A stretch of 46,909 nt of DNA, the filler included, from Sphacelaria rigidula (Eukaryota), in NCBI GenBank assembly GCA_964200075.2. It is 2 parts of 2 records of this genome, joined end to end, with 100 filler letters (N's around TTAATTAATTAA, not from the genome) between each part and the next. Parts side by side here need not be neighbours in the genome. Positions count along the whole stretch, not along the records: positions 23,508 to 46,909 come from CAXNAA020000264.1; 1 more part is not named here. One strand, written 5' to 3'. The position numbers and the translations under genes are program-made. Shown in pieces: positions 45,943-46,909 of the stretch (position 1 is its first letter; each line of letters starts with the position of its first letter). The notes beneath the pieces are model-generated. The model did not search any database, was not told the DNA's origin, and saw only the letters and a list, made by a program, of their open reading frames with translations.

Positions 45943-46462
45943 GTGAGCAATGGAGAAGAATCGTCTTCTCCGCGGTTTAGGGGAACTGTTCTCTCGACCT
46001 GGCAATGGCAACTGCATTTCTATTCCTCTTCTCAACCCCTTTACAACTGTTGGTGGGAAAATGACATTTTTTTTTTTACAATTGAGGTTTCTTGGACAAT
46101 ATGTGGTTATTTTTCTGCAAATGTTGATGATGCTGTCCACCAAAACAGTGCACCACTCTAAGTGCAAGTATATTAATCTGACGGATTCGTGCACCGAACT
46201 CGAAGTGAAGATTTCCCGGTGACGGAAGCTCGCGTACCGGAGTTTGTACCGTTTTATGCGGGTCCCAGAAGGGTTAAACCGTTCAGTTTCGATATCTGGG
46301 GAGAGGGATTTTCGGTGTGTGTCCAATGTAGACGCGTTTGCGTGGCTCAAGATTGTGCTGGCGATATGTATCCTAGTGCTGTGACCCTCACACGGCCAGG
46401 GTGTCTCTATCCATTGAATCGGAATGATCCACACCCTGGGCAATACAGGGTCAATAATTGTA

Positions 46463-46719
46463 CACGTCGGAAAGCTCATGATCTACCGGGAGATTACTTC
46501 TTACTAGAGTTCTGATCCGGATGATGAGCTAGCTCATTTGGCCACTATTTCGGTTTTGGCTCCCGACAGCGATGGAGGCCGAGCACGCGGTGTAGCGGGA
46601 AGGCAACGCTCTGGATTCTCGGACACTTCAGTCACGTGTTTTGTGTTCTTGTGCAGAAGATCCGAGAGCCCACTTCGATTAGTTATTTTGAGGTATTAGC
46701 TCATGAGCTGTCCGACAAG
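46463..46719. mobile_element. Tc1/mariner-type MITE with TA TSD
   Basis: TA|CACGTCGGAAAGCTCATGA ... TCATGAGCTGTCCGACAAG|TA. Homologous to 30860-31112. Confidence 0.8.
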
Positions 46720-46732
46720 TATTTAGTTGCAC

Positions 46733-46833
46733 TGGACAAAAAATGTACTGCGTAAATCATGGGCATATCGCAGCAATTGTCGGCCGACAACAGTGCGCGG
46801 TAGGCCTATACTTTACGCAGTACTGTTGAACCA
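46733..46833. repeat. ~100-bp palindrome
   Basis: GTACTGCGTAAA (46745-46756) pairs with TTTACGCAGTAC (46812-46823). Perfect central palindrome TTGTCGGCCGACAA (46777-46790). Confidence 0.8.
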
Positions 46834-46836
46834 TAT

Positions 46837-46909
46837 CACGGTTAGGACAAATATTGATTCGTCACGAAATTACTTGGTTTTAGTATAATAAGTTGACTCG
46901 TGATGAATG
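46837..46909 (+). mobile_element. hAT-like MITE, family A, left end (cut by the window edge)
   Basis: CACGGTTAGGACAAATATTGATTCGTCACGAAATTACTTGGTTTTAG resembles the left end of the 31115 and 45076 copies. Confidence 0.65.

Noticed and set aside
45251-46479. 220-aa (+) and 254-aa (-) ORFs
   Set aside because: They are intronic or antisense to the TPS gene, overlap a MITE or the true exon in another frame, and have no protein-like motif.

Overview
Eukaryotic, repeat-rich genomic DNA, most probably from a brown alga (Phaeophyceae). This is inferred from an EsV-1-7-domain gene, a bipartite ASAFAP-type plastid presequence and small GT-AG exons separated by kb-scale introns. I can support three protein genes. 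(1) An intronless 945-aa protein with 19 complete 38-aa C-x4-C-x16-C-x2-H (EsV-1-7) repeats, 17755-20592 (+). (2) A 4-exon, 264-aa predicted plastid-targeted protein of unknown function, 35158->29976 (-). (3) The first four coding exons of a CBM20 + probable trehalose-6-phosphate synthase (GT20) gene, 37982-45942 (+), which continues past the window and has a candidate uORF. The rest is non-autonomous mobile DNA: long fold-back palindromes, Stowaway/Tc1-mariner MITEs (TA TSD), two CAAGGG-ended MITE families with 8-bp TSDs (hAT-like), a tRNA-headed SINE with truncated copies, minisatellites and three assembly gaps. The most unusual feature is a ~2.1-kb non-coding array starting ~350 bp after the EsV-1-7 stop codon. 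It has ~25 units with a strict 42-43-bp period, each made of two conserved AT-rich boxes (ATATTG-N6-CAATATATATTG) and variable GC-rich spacers, with unit-precise gain/loss between duplicated blocks. Most short ORFs in the track are judged spurious. All alignments were made by eye.
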